Shown here: positions 43,150-55,879 of the stretch, one piece after another
Layout of the letters: every line of letters starts with the position of its first letter
How positions within the stretch are numbered: position 1 is the first letter of the stretch
NCBI GenBank assembly: GCA_013265495.1
Contig: MU058718.1
Location: 1,922,001 to 1,986,000, forward strand
DNA: 64,000 nucleotides
Reading direction: 5' to 3'
DNA from: Vicugna vicugna
Taxonomy: Eukaryota
The notes under the pieces: model-generated
What the model was told of the DNA's origin: nothing
Seen by the model: only the letters and a program-made list of their open reading frames with translations
The model's database searches: none
Program-made: the position numbers and the translations under genes

Positions 43150-43375
43150 GAAGTATATATTCAAGCCCAGGACTTTATAGTAAAACAATGACCCCTACTT
43201 ACGATGCTCATGATGGAAGCCCCTTGTCACCAACTTCTGCTTGGTTTGGTGACAGTGCTTTGTCGGAAGGCAACCCTGGTATACTTGCTGTCAGTCAGCC
43301 AATAACATCACCAGAAATCTTGGCGAAAATGTTCAAGCCTCAAGCCCTTCTTGACAAAGCAAAAATCAACCAAGG
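43150..43375 (+). CDS. FERMT2: FERMT2 exon 5 (226 nt): (G)[18 protein letters not shown]...KAKINQ(G)
   Basis: ttattag|GA AGT ... CAA GG|gtaagt. Confidence 0.98.
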
Positions 43376-43480
43376 GTAAGTTTTAAAATATAGATAGAAT
43401 TTAAAAATTTCTTAATCCACATAAAGTAGAAATACTAATTCTGTCTTGTTTTGTTCCACTGCTCTTGTTAATTTGTCCAG

Positions 43481-43583
43481 GTGGCTTGATTCCTCAAGAT
43501 CTCTCATGGAACAAGATGTGAAGGAAAATGAGGCCTTGCTGCTCCGATTCAAGTATTACAGCTTTTTTGATTTGAATCCAAAG
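43481..43583 (+). CDS. FERMT2: FERMT2 exon 6 (103 nt): [11 protein letters not shown]...FFDLNPK
   Basis: tgtccag|G TGG ... AAG|gtaccg; preceded by a 105-nt intron. Confidence 0.98.
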
Positions 43584-44987
43584 GTACCGAGGGTTTAGAG
43601 GGATCCCTTTTTTTCCTTTTTGTTTGTTTTTTGGAAGTTGGTCGGGTAAGGAATTGCTTGGATATATATAATATATATCAAGTGTTGAATAATATTAAAA
43701 ACTCAAAGCTTTGGACAAAGGCATCTGTATTTTAAATTTTAAGTCTATTGTTTTAGTAGGTTGGAAGCATGACTGAACCTTTTCTTTTTTGTTAAGATAA
43801 TTGAATTTTTGGTTGATCTGTATTTTAAAGGGACAAGTTTGGTGCACAGAACTGGTAAAGTTAGTTTATGTGGCTTTTTTTTTTTAACATCTCTCTTCAA
43901 CTGTACTTTAGGTGAAAGAAGTTTTCTGAAAGATTACTGGTTCAATTACCTTCAGATTTCTAATTATATATTCCAGAAGATGTTGCTTCAAAAAATTTTT
44001 TTAAGTCTCCATTTCTTGCAATCTAATAGCCAAACATTGTATTTTTACTATCAGATGGTTGGCATCATCAGTGCTACTGAAGTACTTTGCCTTTCTGATA
44101 AATTTGCTATAGAAATCTGGACATGGCACAGAGATTTGGATCTTTTGCTTTCATATCATCCTTGCAGGCGGAGGGGACCTCTCTTGACTGCTCATCCTTT
44201 TCATGTCTAGATTATAGTCTAGATTTTAATGAATATTTATTATTTTAAATTATTTACTTAATTCTTTATACAACTGTAAAATGTATATAGTAGAATTATT
44301 TAAAAAATCATTTTAATCCCTTTTTTGGCTATATCATACCTAACTTTGGTAAACCAAAGTTGTTCTAGGAACATAGTTACATTTGCAGGGGGTGGGAGGG
44401 GGCTATGTATATTGTTAACATTCTAAGATAGTTTTGTTAAGATATTAGTATTGATTTTTATTAACGTAATTAACTGGAGAATTCAATAACATAAGTAAAT
44501 CTTTTCCATAAGCATGTGGGTGTGTGTGTGTATATACAAACACACACAAACACACACACACACACCCTCTTTTTTAGATTCTTAAAATAATTACTGTTTC
44601 CAAAGACCTGCCACTTTGTCTGAGTACGCTTTTCCACAGTGAGCAAGATGTTCCCCAAAATAATTAATTTACTCTCTGATTATATTAGTATCGTAAGTTG
44701 TAATAACAATACTGAAAGCAGTCAGTTCTACCTTATTTTAATGTCTTCAAGTTAAATTTCTTTTGTTAAGGGCTATGATAGCTAATGGTTATTTCCCTGA
44801 AAAAATAACATACAGAACCTACTTCTAATACTGAATACATAAAAATCTTTTGGCATATTTTAATGCCACTTTTAATGAAAAATATGTGCGTACATATAGG
44901 TATAGGTAACCCTACAGGTAGCTTTTTTCCTTGTTATTAATGTTAAAGGTAATATAGTACAAAAGAACTGTGTCTCTTTTGCTGCAG

Positions 44988-45095
44988 TATGATGCAATCA
45001 GAATCAATCAGCTTTATGAGCAGGCCAAATGGGCTATCCTCTTGGAAGAAATTGAGTGCACCGAAGAAGAAATGATGATGTTTGCTGCCTTGCAG
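44988..45095 (+). CDS. FERMT2: FERMT2 exon 7 (108 nt): [15 protein letters not shown]...MFAALQ
   Basis: gctgcag|TAT ... CAG|gtagtg. Confidence 0.98.
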
Positions 45096-47029
45096 GTAGT
45101 GGAGATTATTGGTAAATGGGACTTTTAAGGGGAAACGGTTGAGGATTATTTAAATGGTAAAGTGGCACAGTAATTCCAGTAGCATTTTGATAGATAGTGT
45201 TTTACTTTTTGCTATGTAGAAAGTGAATAGACACTTAGATAAGACAAAAAATTAAATTCGTGTATTTATTTTGCCTTCTAAGTGTTCAGTGGCAGACTTA
45301 ATACTTTTCTGTATCCTGTAGGAGAAAAGTGTCCTACTCCCAGATGTATATTAGCTTAAAATCTATATTAAAAATCAGATTTTTGAAATGAAGCTCTTTT
45401 ACATAATTTCATAAATAATTGAGGATGATAATTTTTGTTAAATGGGCTATGGAAGAAATTCATACCTTTAAAGATGATAAAGGTTTAAGAGACTAGTGAA
45501 ACTAAACAAAAATAAGTTTTTAGGTTGATAATCCTTAGGAAGTAAGTAGCAAACATTAAACCATTGTTTTTCTAAATGTGGTTCTTGCAGACCACCTATT
45601 TCAGGGTTACAGTAGGGCTTGTTAGAGTATGAATTGTCCACTTCACGACTGCTGTCCCCTCTGGTAAAAATAACATTAGGGTGGCATCCACAAATCAACA
45701 TTCTTAGAGACACTGAGGTCTGACTGACCACTACATTAACCTTATACTTCAGATACCTGCGTCAGACTTTGGTGAGTGTTTTCAGATTATAGTGGAATTT
45801 TATTTTCACCTAAAGTTCTGATAAAGTTGATATTCTTTAAGCACTGGAAGCAAGGTTGACATTCAGTTATGAAAAGCTTTTACTACAATATTGCATTTTT
45901 TCCTTGGTACACCAATATAAATGCTCTCGATCTTCCAAGTGCTTTTATGTACCCAGAATAAGTTTTTAGTTGAGATTCAAAAAATTGTCCTTTAGAGAGG
46001 AAGCACAACTAATTTTCCTTATTTTACTTGCTGAAAGTGAAGCTCAGATATGAGGAGAATCTTTGAGGGTAGATGAATTAGTTTAATCAGTTATTTTCTA
46101 GAGACTTGCTTAATCAACTAGTTAGGATTCTTTTATTGTCTTTCTAGATGGTTCAGATTATCTGAATAATTTCTTTAATTACATTCTGGAGCAATTTTAT
46201 TGAAAGTTAAGCTTTCTTTTTACATGGTTATAGCTTTCTCTTTACATCTTTGTCACTTAGAATATGGGCGTATAATTTTCTAGTGAAAGTTTTGCTAATG
46301 TCAGAATAATAATACATGTAAAATATACATGGGGAAACCACAGATTTTCTTATATAGCATTTCTTATCTTTTTATTAGAAAAATAATGCATTTTTAAAAA
46401 AGCCAACAGATATATACAGTGCCCAGCACACAGTAGGTGTTCAAAAAAAATGTTTGTTGAATGAGTGTACAGTCGTATTGTCACAGAAACGGGATTATTC
46501 TGCAGCTTTCTCAAACCCCTTCCCCCTCCCCCCAGTGAACATTCGCTATTCCATTTCAGTACAGTGGAAAATACCTCAGAAACCATGGATTTTAATTCAT
46601 GGTAATTGAATACCCCAAAGCATAGCTTTTCTGGACCATTTTAGAATTGAGATTCATTGGAGGAAATTTGGACAAAAGTCCCCTGAATTGTAAGAAGCCT
46701 TCCTAGAGACTGAACCAAAGCCTCTTGGAAGCCATCCAGTACAAGAAAGGGGAAACTGAAAGTATGGCAAGGAGATGCCTGGTATTTTTTATTTTAGACA
46801 CTGGCTACATCTTGAACTGTTCTCTCCTTAGGGCCTCTGGTTCCTCGTGTAAAATCCACTGTAGTAAAAAGAATAATTCAAAGTAAGAAGCTGTGGATTA
46901 AAAAAAAGATAAGTTAGTATCGCTATTTTTCAAGCATTTAGGTCCAAGTATGTACTGTAACATTTAACAGATACCCCATGCACCTTTGAAAGCAAAGCTG
47001 GATTTAATGACCAGTCCCATTCTTAGCCA

Positions 47030-47215
47030 GAATTTCTTCAGTGTAACTCATAAGGACCTTTTGCATCAGAATCATCTAACATATTTAGTAAAAACATAGA
47101 TTCCAGGCTGGACCCCAGATTTGCTGAATTAGAATCTCTAGGGGTGAACCTAAGAATCTATATTTTTAACCAGCTCTCCATATGCTTCTAAATATACTCT
47201 GATACGTGAGGCCAC
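47030..47215. mobile_element. MER5A-like hAT MITE
   Basis: gcatcagaatcatct...ccccagatttgctgaattagaatctctagggg...tttttaac. Confidence 0.7.
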
Positions 47216-48295
47216 TTCATGAGGGCCTCAGTCTACCTCTTTATCCATGATTTGTGAATATGGAAGTTTCTACCACAATAAGGATCTCATTTCAGCACAA
47301 CTGACGATATAGCCAGAGACTAGTCGTTACTAATTCACTAAGTCTTAAAATAACAGAGGAACGTAGATAATTGGCCTCAGGATTCGTTCATTAAATGTTC
47401 CCATGAATAGACTGTATTCAGTGAATGAATCCTTCAGAAATATGGATTGCTACTTGGAGCTTTGAAAGGTAACTAAGTAATTCAAAAGTTCTGCTTACTT
47501 TGTATAAAACCTCTCTAAAGGTTGGCATCAAAATCTGATCATTAATATTTGTAAATTGCTGACCTAAGTGTATTTAAAGTCAGACTAGTTGTTCTGTACC
47601 CAAAGATTTTTCCATCTACATATAGGAGTTGTTATCACTACTCATTTTAAACACACATATATGCGTATGTCCATGTTTTTGTTGTGTGTGTGTGTTTTGG
47701 AGGTAGTGTATGTATTTACATATAAACGTATTTTATCTTATTCTTATGTATAAATGAGACTATAAACATCACCTCCCTCTGATCATGTTTTCAGCATTGA
47801 ATTGAGGATGAGGGGAAGGTGGAACTTCAGTTTTCAACATAATAGTGATGATTAACTTTCCCCTGCTGGATAATAGTAGTAATGTAAGGTAATCAATGTT
47901 AATCCATTTCTACAAAAGACATTATGCACATTGTTTGTTTATTCAATATTTGTTGGTTCCAGGCTGTATTCTAGACACGCAATACTGCAGTGAAAAAAGG
48001 GACAGTTGAAAGTCTCTGCTCATGTAGAGCTTGGTGGAGCTCCAAATTCTAGGGATTCCCAAACTGAATTCATTTGTATCTGCCCAAAGACCCTAGTTTT
48101 TTGAGTAAATATTTATTAGCAAATTTACGACATTGATTTCAGGTGCCATGCCCGTTATTTTCCTGCTCTTCTAATTCTTGGTGACTTTCAGCTTTTCACA
48201 TTTGGTGAATGGCATTCAATATAGATGCAGATAGTCTCATTTTAAAGTTTATAGTTAGAACACTTATTTAAATAAAATATCATTTCTGGTTTCAG

Positions 48296-48430
48296 TATCA
48301 TATCAATAAACTTTCGATCATGACATCAGAGAATCATTTGAACAACAGTGACAAAGAAGTTGATGAAGTTGATGCTGCGCTTTCCGACCTGGAGATTACT
48401 TTGGAAGGGGGTAAAACATCAACAATTTTG
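48296..48430 (+). CDS. FERMT2: FERMT2 exon 8 (135 nt): YHINKLSIMTSEN...GKTSTIL
   Basis: gtttcag|TAT ... TTG|gtaggc. Confidence 0.98.
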
Positions 48431-49111
48431 GTAGGCTGAATCTTTTACCTCCTAATTTAGTTTGAATTGATGCTTACACTTTTTTGTTGAGTTAGGTTTT
48501 CATGAAGTATTTGGGGGACACAGAGATATACTTACTGCTTTAGAGAATACAGGCATCAATTTTCCAGAAGCTTTCAGGGGAATTATTAGAATTAATATGG
48601 TTCTAGTTTCTAGTGCTTCCAACACAGTAAAGATAGATCTTCTGATATTCTGTATGTTCTCTTACATGCAGAGGAAGGGTTCATCTCAGGTCATGGTAAA
48701 ATCCATTTAGTGATCTCCAAATTTGAAATATTATTTAAAAGAAAGAAAGAAAGAAAAATAGATCTGAAGAGAATTTTTAAATGCTTAGGAATTGGTTATT
48801 GCAGAAGAAACATTTATCTCAGGGTTGTTACGATTTACAAAATTTCCAGATGCAGCTACAGTTTTAGCTATACTAGAATTAACAATATATTGTGGGTTGT
48901 ATACATTGCAATTTTGATCAAATTTTTAATACCTTTTTATGCCGTTTGAAAATGCCATTGTTCTATATGACCATATAATATGACTGTACCTTTAAAATCT
49001 TTATAATCTATATTGTATGTTATTTTGCTTGTTTATTGAATGATTTCTTGATATCAGATACTAAACATTAGAGTTTCAAATTTAAATCATTTTTATTTAT
49101 TGTTTTCTTAG

Positions 49112-49161
49112 GGTGACATCACTTCCATTCCTGAACTTGCTGACTATATTAAAGTTTTCAA
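49112..49161 (+). CDS. FERMT2: FERMT2 exon 9 (50 nt): GDITSIPELADYIKVF(K)
   Basis: ttcttag|GGT ... TTC AA|gtaagt. Confidence 0.98.
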
Positions 49162-50350
49162 GTAAGTACAAAAAGGGGAGGGATTCCAAATATTAATAAA
49201 TGTCAATTTTATAGTCATGTTCACATTTTTGAAATTTACTGTAAGTGACTGATAAAAGCATTTACCAGTTAGATGAACACTAAAGTATAATGAGGGAAAA
49301 TAACCATCTTTACCAAGTTAAAGTTGCAGTACTCATTAAGTTGTTTTATCTGATAAACATTTTCTTAACCCTGGGGGATTGTGTAACCTAGATGGATTGC
49401 ATCACGTAGGTTCTGAAATGTACAGTGGCGTGTCAGTATAAAGCATCCCCTCTGGGGGAAGGCAGGACACAGTGAACTGCTATTGTCGTGGTTATTTCCT
49501 TGTTCAGAGCCCCAGAATCTACTGAATTCTATACATTGGTTCATGGGACATTTTATAACAAGGTTCTAGTGTATTTTATCTAGACAGTTAAACAGTCTAG
49601 TCATATTCCACAGACTCAAGAGACCTAGGCATTAAGGCAGAAAGGGGAAAAGAGGTGATATGGAATGTAAAACATAGTCATTATGGAATAAACTATTTAC
49701 TGTAGCTAAACATTACAGCCCCATATATGTAACATTTCTGAGCTAATGGCACGATTTCACGTGCCGCTCCCTACCTCCACTTCGTTCTCCCTTTACACAC
49801 CTTTTTCATCTACCTGTACCTTGCTTATCCTCTTCTTCATGACTTCTCTTCTTCATGTTTGACAGTGGAGTGGCAAGTTAAAGTCACCATTGGAATATAT
49901 CCCTGAGAGATAAGTACTTCCCTCACTTCAGTCTTGCCAGGTAAACGTGCTTGTTTAGAGAGGCTCCAGAGGTTCCCCTGCGGACACCACGAACCTGGTG
50001 TCCTTCCAACTACTGACATTTACTTTTGACATTGACGTTTACATTACCTTTATTTTCCTGTCCTTTCCATGTGACCTGCTAGTGATAGAGATGGCTACAA
50101 CGGACAGAAGTGCTGGAATGTTGGCCCTCTGTCTTTATTGGCCCACTCACTGTAAGATCGACGGAGAAAGAAGGGGCAAATCCAGTTAACAGCAACATTG
50201 AATATTACACACTGTACAGTAGGGAACTGAATTCAGCATATGTAAAACTTGGCCTCTCAGACTTAACACTGTGAAACTTGGCTGCTAAAACACAGCATTG
50301 ATAAAGTGACTTCAAGGTGTTTTTTTCTCCTCATTCTATTTGACACATAG

Positions 50351-50475
50351 GCCAAAGAAGCTGACTCTAAAAGGTTACAAGCAATACTGGTGCACCTTTA
50401 AAGACACATCTATTTCTTGCTATAAGAGCAAAGAAGAATCCAGTGGCACACCAGCTCATCAGATGAACCTAAGAG
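50351..50475 (+). CDS. FERMT2: FERMT2 exon 10 (125 nt), PH domain: [13 protein letters not shown]...HQMNLR(G)
   Basis: cacatag|G CCA ... AGA G|gtgagg. Confidence 0.98.
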
Positions 50476-50565
50476 GTGAGGAGAGCCTTGGAATGACCAG
50501 TACTGATGGTGGACTATCTGTTAGCTAATATTCCACAAACTTCATTTTGCTGGGGGGAAAGTTTG

Positions 50566-51510
50566 TTTTTTTTTTAATACTTCGTTTACTCCTTTAGGTA
50601 CTTTTTTATGTTTAGTATTCAATTTCACATGAATGTTTGGTTGTAATTTCTGTGCAGTCCTCAGTTGAAGCAGGTGATTCTACTTTTATCCAATTTATGG
50701 TGTCTCTCTTCTGTTCTTTAGCATTAGGACATTGAAGTTGTCCTCATTCTGCAGGAACTGCCTGCTTGTCTGTTTCAGATTCTGCCTCATTTTCGTCTGT
50801 GCTGTAGTCGTCATCTCCCAGTTTCTACTGCTTTCTCCCTTTATCATCAGCATCCCACTCCTCTTCCTCACCTTCACTGGTGACAAACTGGTCTGTCTCA
50901 AGTCCCTGTCTCTTGGTTTACTGGCTCACCAGCAGGTTGGCTGGCACCCGCAGGGTTTGGCCGTGTCCTACCCTTTCCACCACCTCTTCCCTGCACATTT
51001 ATGTCATCAAGATTGCTCTCGTCCTGGACCCTGGGGCAGCCCCAGGATACTCCTCTGAGGCTTTTAGCTGACAACCTGAATATCACTGGTTTCCTCTTGT
51101 CTCTTCAAATCCAAAGCTGTTTCAGAACAGAGGCTGGTGTTTCAGGCACACGTTGCTGGACATGTTTGCTCGCCCTTGTGGCAGCTGTGGCAGCCTTGCT
51201 TCCTGTGGCCCCGACTGAGCCTGGCCGAGGCCTTAGAGCTACTGGTTTTGGTCTTTATTTTTCCATTCAGGTCTTTGGCATTACAGCTTCATTTCAGTTT
51301 TAGTGACTTCTCTTGACCCTTCGCACTGCTCCTGCAGCACTTGCAGGTGTTGGATGCCCTGGTTCGGGTCGTAGGAGAACTCCCTGTCCAGGTTGGTCTG
51401 GTTCTGCTGCAGCTGGGGCCATCCTGCTGCCTCTTTCTGTGGTTCTCTGCACAGTCTTCAGCTCGCCTTGTAGATTGCCGGTGAGCCTCTCACTTGCGGT
51501 GATACTATTT
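50566..51510 (-). pseudogene. GOLM1: 5'-truncated processed pseudogene of GOLM1 (GP73)
   Basis: Minus-strand translation gives NSITASERLTGNLQGELKTVQR, QQNQTNLDREFSYD, LQEQCE and DDDYSTDENEAESETDKQA. These match recalled GOLM1 (NNITTGERLIRVLQDQLKTLQR / QKNQTNLERKFSYD / EDDYNMDENEAESETDKQA). No introns; frameshifts; TAG at 50825-50827; A-tract at 50566-50575. Confidence 0.9.
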
Positions 51511-52929
51511 TAAACTGCCTGGCTCTCACACAGTTTAGATACCACTTCATCCAGAAAGCTGTGCCCCTGAGAACTGCTCTCCCACAGGCTCATGCAGCAC
51601 TCACTGCACCCGTGGCACCCAGCCTGCTTGGTGGAGGATGCAGTTGATTGGCTCCTCACTGTTCCACACTCCTTTTACTGTGCCTTCCCTTACAGCACAA
51701 GCTCAGAGACTAAAATACATTTTCCAGACTCATTTCCAGTGAAATTTAGATTCCCATCAGATGCATTCTTGTGAGACTTGAATTCCCAACTGAGTTAAGG
51801 GGATGGAGAGGCAGTTGAGAAGAGTTGGTGAGTTGGCACTTCCAGGCTCTGAAGTTACATCTCTACATCTGCAGTCTTAATTTTTCTTAGTATATTGTAC
51901 ATTAGAGTATTTTTAGTGTATTTCAACCAAATGTCCAAGTTTCTACCCTGTCTCTGTTCTGCCCAGTAGTCATCCAAGCTATTGCTTTATAGTTGTGCAC
52001 ATTTAAAAAAAAAAACAGAAAACCTCTTACCTGGGTAGAAGATTGCTATGCCTATGTGCTTAACATCTGTAATTTTCCTAAAACTTTTAGTCAGACTCAC
52101 TGCCTCCCCTTCTGAGTCATGAGTCTAACTTTTGGGGCCCTACAATTTTTACTTTCAGAATCCATGGCAGCTCTCCTCTTACTTCCCTTCTAAGCTGCCC
52201 AGGACAGCTCAGATTATATGCCCTTGATTTAGAGACTTAATCTGTCTTTGGCCCCAGTTTTCTCTGTCCCTGTTATATCCTTGTTCTTTTCCCTGTATGA
52301 CTGAGAGGTCAAGTCCTGGTGTGGAGCACAGCTTACAAGGTGCCCTAATCCCAGTTCTCCCAAGTCCTCCCAGAGGAGCACTTTTCCTGCACACTGGTGA
52401 GGGCAACACTAGCCTAAGAATCAGATGGCCCAGATTCTGCTCTGCCACCAAACAAGCCCTGTGACTTTGGGAAAACAGCCTGTCTGGACTTAAGTGTCTT
52501 CCTCTGAGTAATGAGAGTGTTGGACTAGATGCTGTCTGAGTCCCCTAAGATACCTAAAATGCAAAGTGCTAAAAAATGCATTTCAGCAGATGAACAGATA
52601 ATAGTTGCATCCCTCATGTTTAGAGCATGTCAGGAAATAAACAACTGCAAGTCGGGCAATAAATAGTACTTTAAAAGTACGTAATAGGTCAGAGGAGCAA
52701 AGAGGTGAGGGTGCTGTATCACTTAGCCTTCAGTGACGGTGGAGAGAATTAGGAGACTTCATGAGGAAAATACAGAGTTAAGATCGGATCCAAAAGAGAA
52801 CATTGTGACCTGTGGAAGGAAGGAGAAGTGGGTAAAGGAGGCTGGAGAAAATGATCGGCAACCACAGGGGGACTTGTGCTGCTGGAATGTGGAGCTGAAA
52901 GGGGAGGATGAATACTTCCTTCATAGCTG

Positions 52930-54300
52930 CTGAATCAGATTCCTGTTAACATGAGAGCTAACAGCAGAAGAAACTGGCAGGAATTAGAGGATAAAAATGT
53001 TAAGGAGATTGTTTTTTAAACTGGCAGCAATGAAGTGACACTGAGATTATTAACATGAAAATGATAGGATCCATCATATTTATACTGGCTACAGTATTGA
53101 GTAATTTTAGAGCAGTGATAAGTGATGCAAATTGAGTTTATCAATTCGGGTGGAGGGTGCAACTTCAATAGATATGAGGAAGTTCCGTCACAGACACGAT
53201 GATTGACTTGGGAGAGGCTAGGGGAGGGACTTGATTCTGGCCTGTGGAGTTGGGTGGGTAGGGCCATATTGAGATTGAGGATACAGAGGAGCTGACTTTG
53301 GGGAGAAAGACGAGTTTAATTTAATCGGGGTTTTAAAAATTTGAGGTGTCTGTGGGATATCTTGTTTGGAGAGATTCATGCTCCAGGTACTGATGTGGTA
53401 GCAGCTAGTATTAATGGTAAATGTAGCCATTGGAATAGCTGTTTACAATATGAAAACGCTAAGAACAGAACCCTGCAGGACACCCACGGTTAAGGGATAG
53501 GGCAGATTAGAGGAAAAGGAACTTGGAGGGGGAACAGAGAACAACAATGAAAATGCATAGGAAGACCATGGAAATGAGGTATGATGGAACTTAAGATAAA
53601 AGTTGTTTTAAAAAGGATAGAGTAGTCAATAGTGTCAAACGCTACAGAAAAGTAACAAACATAGTAACAAAGCCTCCATAGGAGTTAGCCACATGGAGAT
53701 GATTAGTGGCCTTGATTAAGGACGGATTCAGCAGATTTCAGTGGGGTTTTGAGTATGGGAGCCAAAGTGCAGTCATTGAGAAGGAAACAGGAAACAAAGA
53801 TAGCTTTTTGATGAACTTTATCTGTGACAGGGAAGGAGGAAAGAGGGCAGTAGCAGAAGAGATAGGTTTAAACTAGAGGAGAGAGGCCTTTTATGACTTA
53901 AGATGAGAGAGACTGCAAGTTAAATGCTGATGGAGACGTCACAGTAGAAAGGGAAGGGAGGTGGAAGGGGAGGATCTCTGTGATGGAGCAGGGTTCCTGA
54001 TGGGTGGTAGAAAACTAAGCCCATTCGGGTAGGAGAGCCTTAGGAGAGACACTGCTTCCACTGTGTGGAAGTGAGGGCAGCTAGCTTTATCTGCTATGGT
54101 GGCAGGAAGTCGGGGGACCTCACTACTGATTGATGACTTTCATGTTATTGGAAGAACTACAGGTGAGGTTGTACCATGAGAGTGAGTGCCATAGGAGGCC
54201 TGAGAAGATTTGAAATAAACATTATTGAGAATGTCTGTAAACACAGAGGATTCCAAGTGTCAAGGGCCAGGTCAGGAAATTTGGGCATAAATAAATTTGA
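52930..54300 (-). mobile_element. L2 LINE remnant
   Basis: purine-rich degenerate L2 motifs (tagtgtcaaacgctacagaaa, tttgaggtgtctgtgggatatc). Confidence 0.6.
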
Positions 54301-55428
54301 CATAATAAGGGGTCGAGAACAGTCTAGAACCCAAATCTGTCTGAGTGCAGGGCTCTTCTCCACTGTATTGTACTGGTCACTACTTACTTACGTTGACCAT
54401 TGCCCCATTGTCTAACTGGGTATACATTCAGTAAATCTGTGTTCTCTTCTGCAAAGCTTCCAGCAACTGGTTAACAGAATTGCATTTTTTTGGTCTATAA
54501 ATGTGTGTATTCTGGAAAACTTGCCAGTAAAGTGAAATTCTGAATGCTAGTTATTGTCATACTGACTTCCCAAGTCTATAAAGTTTATGTTACCTTCTAT
54601 ACCAGATGAACTGCTAAAATACTGCGCATACAAGTTAATTTATGAATTGAGTCATATCTACAAAGAAATGACTTTAAGAAACCATTTCTGTTCAGATGGT
54701 CACCATCTGAATTGGAGGGTTCACTTAAGTATTGCAGCACTCTGGAGCTGCCGAGGGAGGCCTAGGCCCGGGAGCATCCAGCAGACTCCGGAGAGACTGG
54801 GCTTCCCTCCCCCTGTGCCGGCAGGCTCCTCCCTTCCACACCAGTAGGACGGGGGAGCAGCAGAGTCCTGAGGAAGCCCTCGTGTAGGACTCTAGCTCCA
54901 ATTGGCTAATCCCCCATCATGTACCCTTTTTTTAAGGATATCATAAAAGTCGTTTATTCTGACGAAAACACAAGTTAGAGTTTAATTACAGAAAGATACT
55001 TAAAAATCCCTGTACATTTAGAAACTTAAGACAAAAATCCCAAATAACAAGATTCAAAGAACTGAATGATATTAAAACAAAACATATAAAACTAGTGGGT
55101 TGGAGTGCAAGTGTTTTTGGTAAAATATCCTTTTAATAGACTCTTTCCTTCTCTTCTCAACCAGGTTTTATGAATTGTGAAAACCACAAACTCTGTGCAG
55201 TTTTGTCTCTTGTATATTAGCTCTGATTCTTTGCACCACCCCAAAGAAAATTACTTAGCATAAAGAATTTGTTTTCTGATTAATAGATTCCATTATTAGC
55301 AATGGAAAGCTAGCAATCCAATAGACAGCAAATTCATTGTGTTAAGATGCCATACAATGAGGGCTGCGTATATTGGCTTGAGATTTCTTAAGAGTAAATT
55401 TGACCATTTTAATAATTTTTTATTACAG

Positions 55429-55535
55429 GGTGTGAAGTTACCCCAGATGTGAACATTTCAGGCCAGAAATTTAACATTAAACTCCTCATTCCAGTTGCAG
55501 AGGGCATGAATGAAATCTGGCTTCGTTGTGACAAT
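55429..55535 (+). CDS. FERMT2: FERMT2 exon 11 (107 nt): [14 protein letters not shown]...WLRCDN
   Basis: attacag|GG TGT ... AAT|gtaagt. Confidence 0.98.
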
Positions 55536-55657
55536 GTAAGTTTTCTCATTAAAAGTAAACCTCAATTTTCGTTGGTCCCTAGTGAGTTAACCATTCATTC
55601 TTATACTTTATACTCAAAGGACCCATCATTTCAGACTTCAACATTTCTTTGCAACAG

Positions 55658-55879
55658 GAAAAACAGTATGCACACTGGATGGCAGCCTGCAGATTGGCCT
55701 CCAAAGGCAAGACCATGGCGGACAGTTCTTATAACTTGGAAGTTCAAAATATTCTTTCCTTTCTGAAGATGCAGCATTTAAATCCAGATCCTCAGTTAAT
55801 ACCAGAGCAGATCACAACTGATATAAACCCTGAGTGTTTGGTGTCCCCTCGCTATCTAAAAAAGTACAAGAACAAGCAG
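55658..55879 (+). CDS. FERMT2: FERMT2 exon 12 (222 nt): [13 protein letters not shown]...KKYKNKQ
   Basis: gcaacag|GAA ... CAG|gtacgt; preceded by a 122-nt intron. Confidence 0.98.

Noticed and set aside
44519..44564. (GT)n/(AC)n fold-back
   Set aside because: Ordinary compound microsatellite.
50732..51513. Cluster of + strand hydrophobic ORFs
   Set aside because: Antisense read-out of the GOLM1 retrocopy.
55141..55220. Pyrimidine tract and CAG at 55162-55164 as a cryptic exon
   Set aside because: No convincing donor nearby; such acceptor-like sites are common.
55813..55833. ITTDINPE versus recalled human ITTDITPE
   Set aside because: Single species-level substitution; no evidence of significance.
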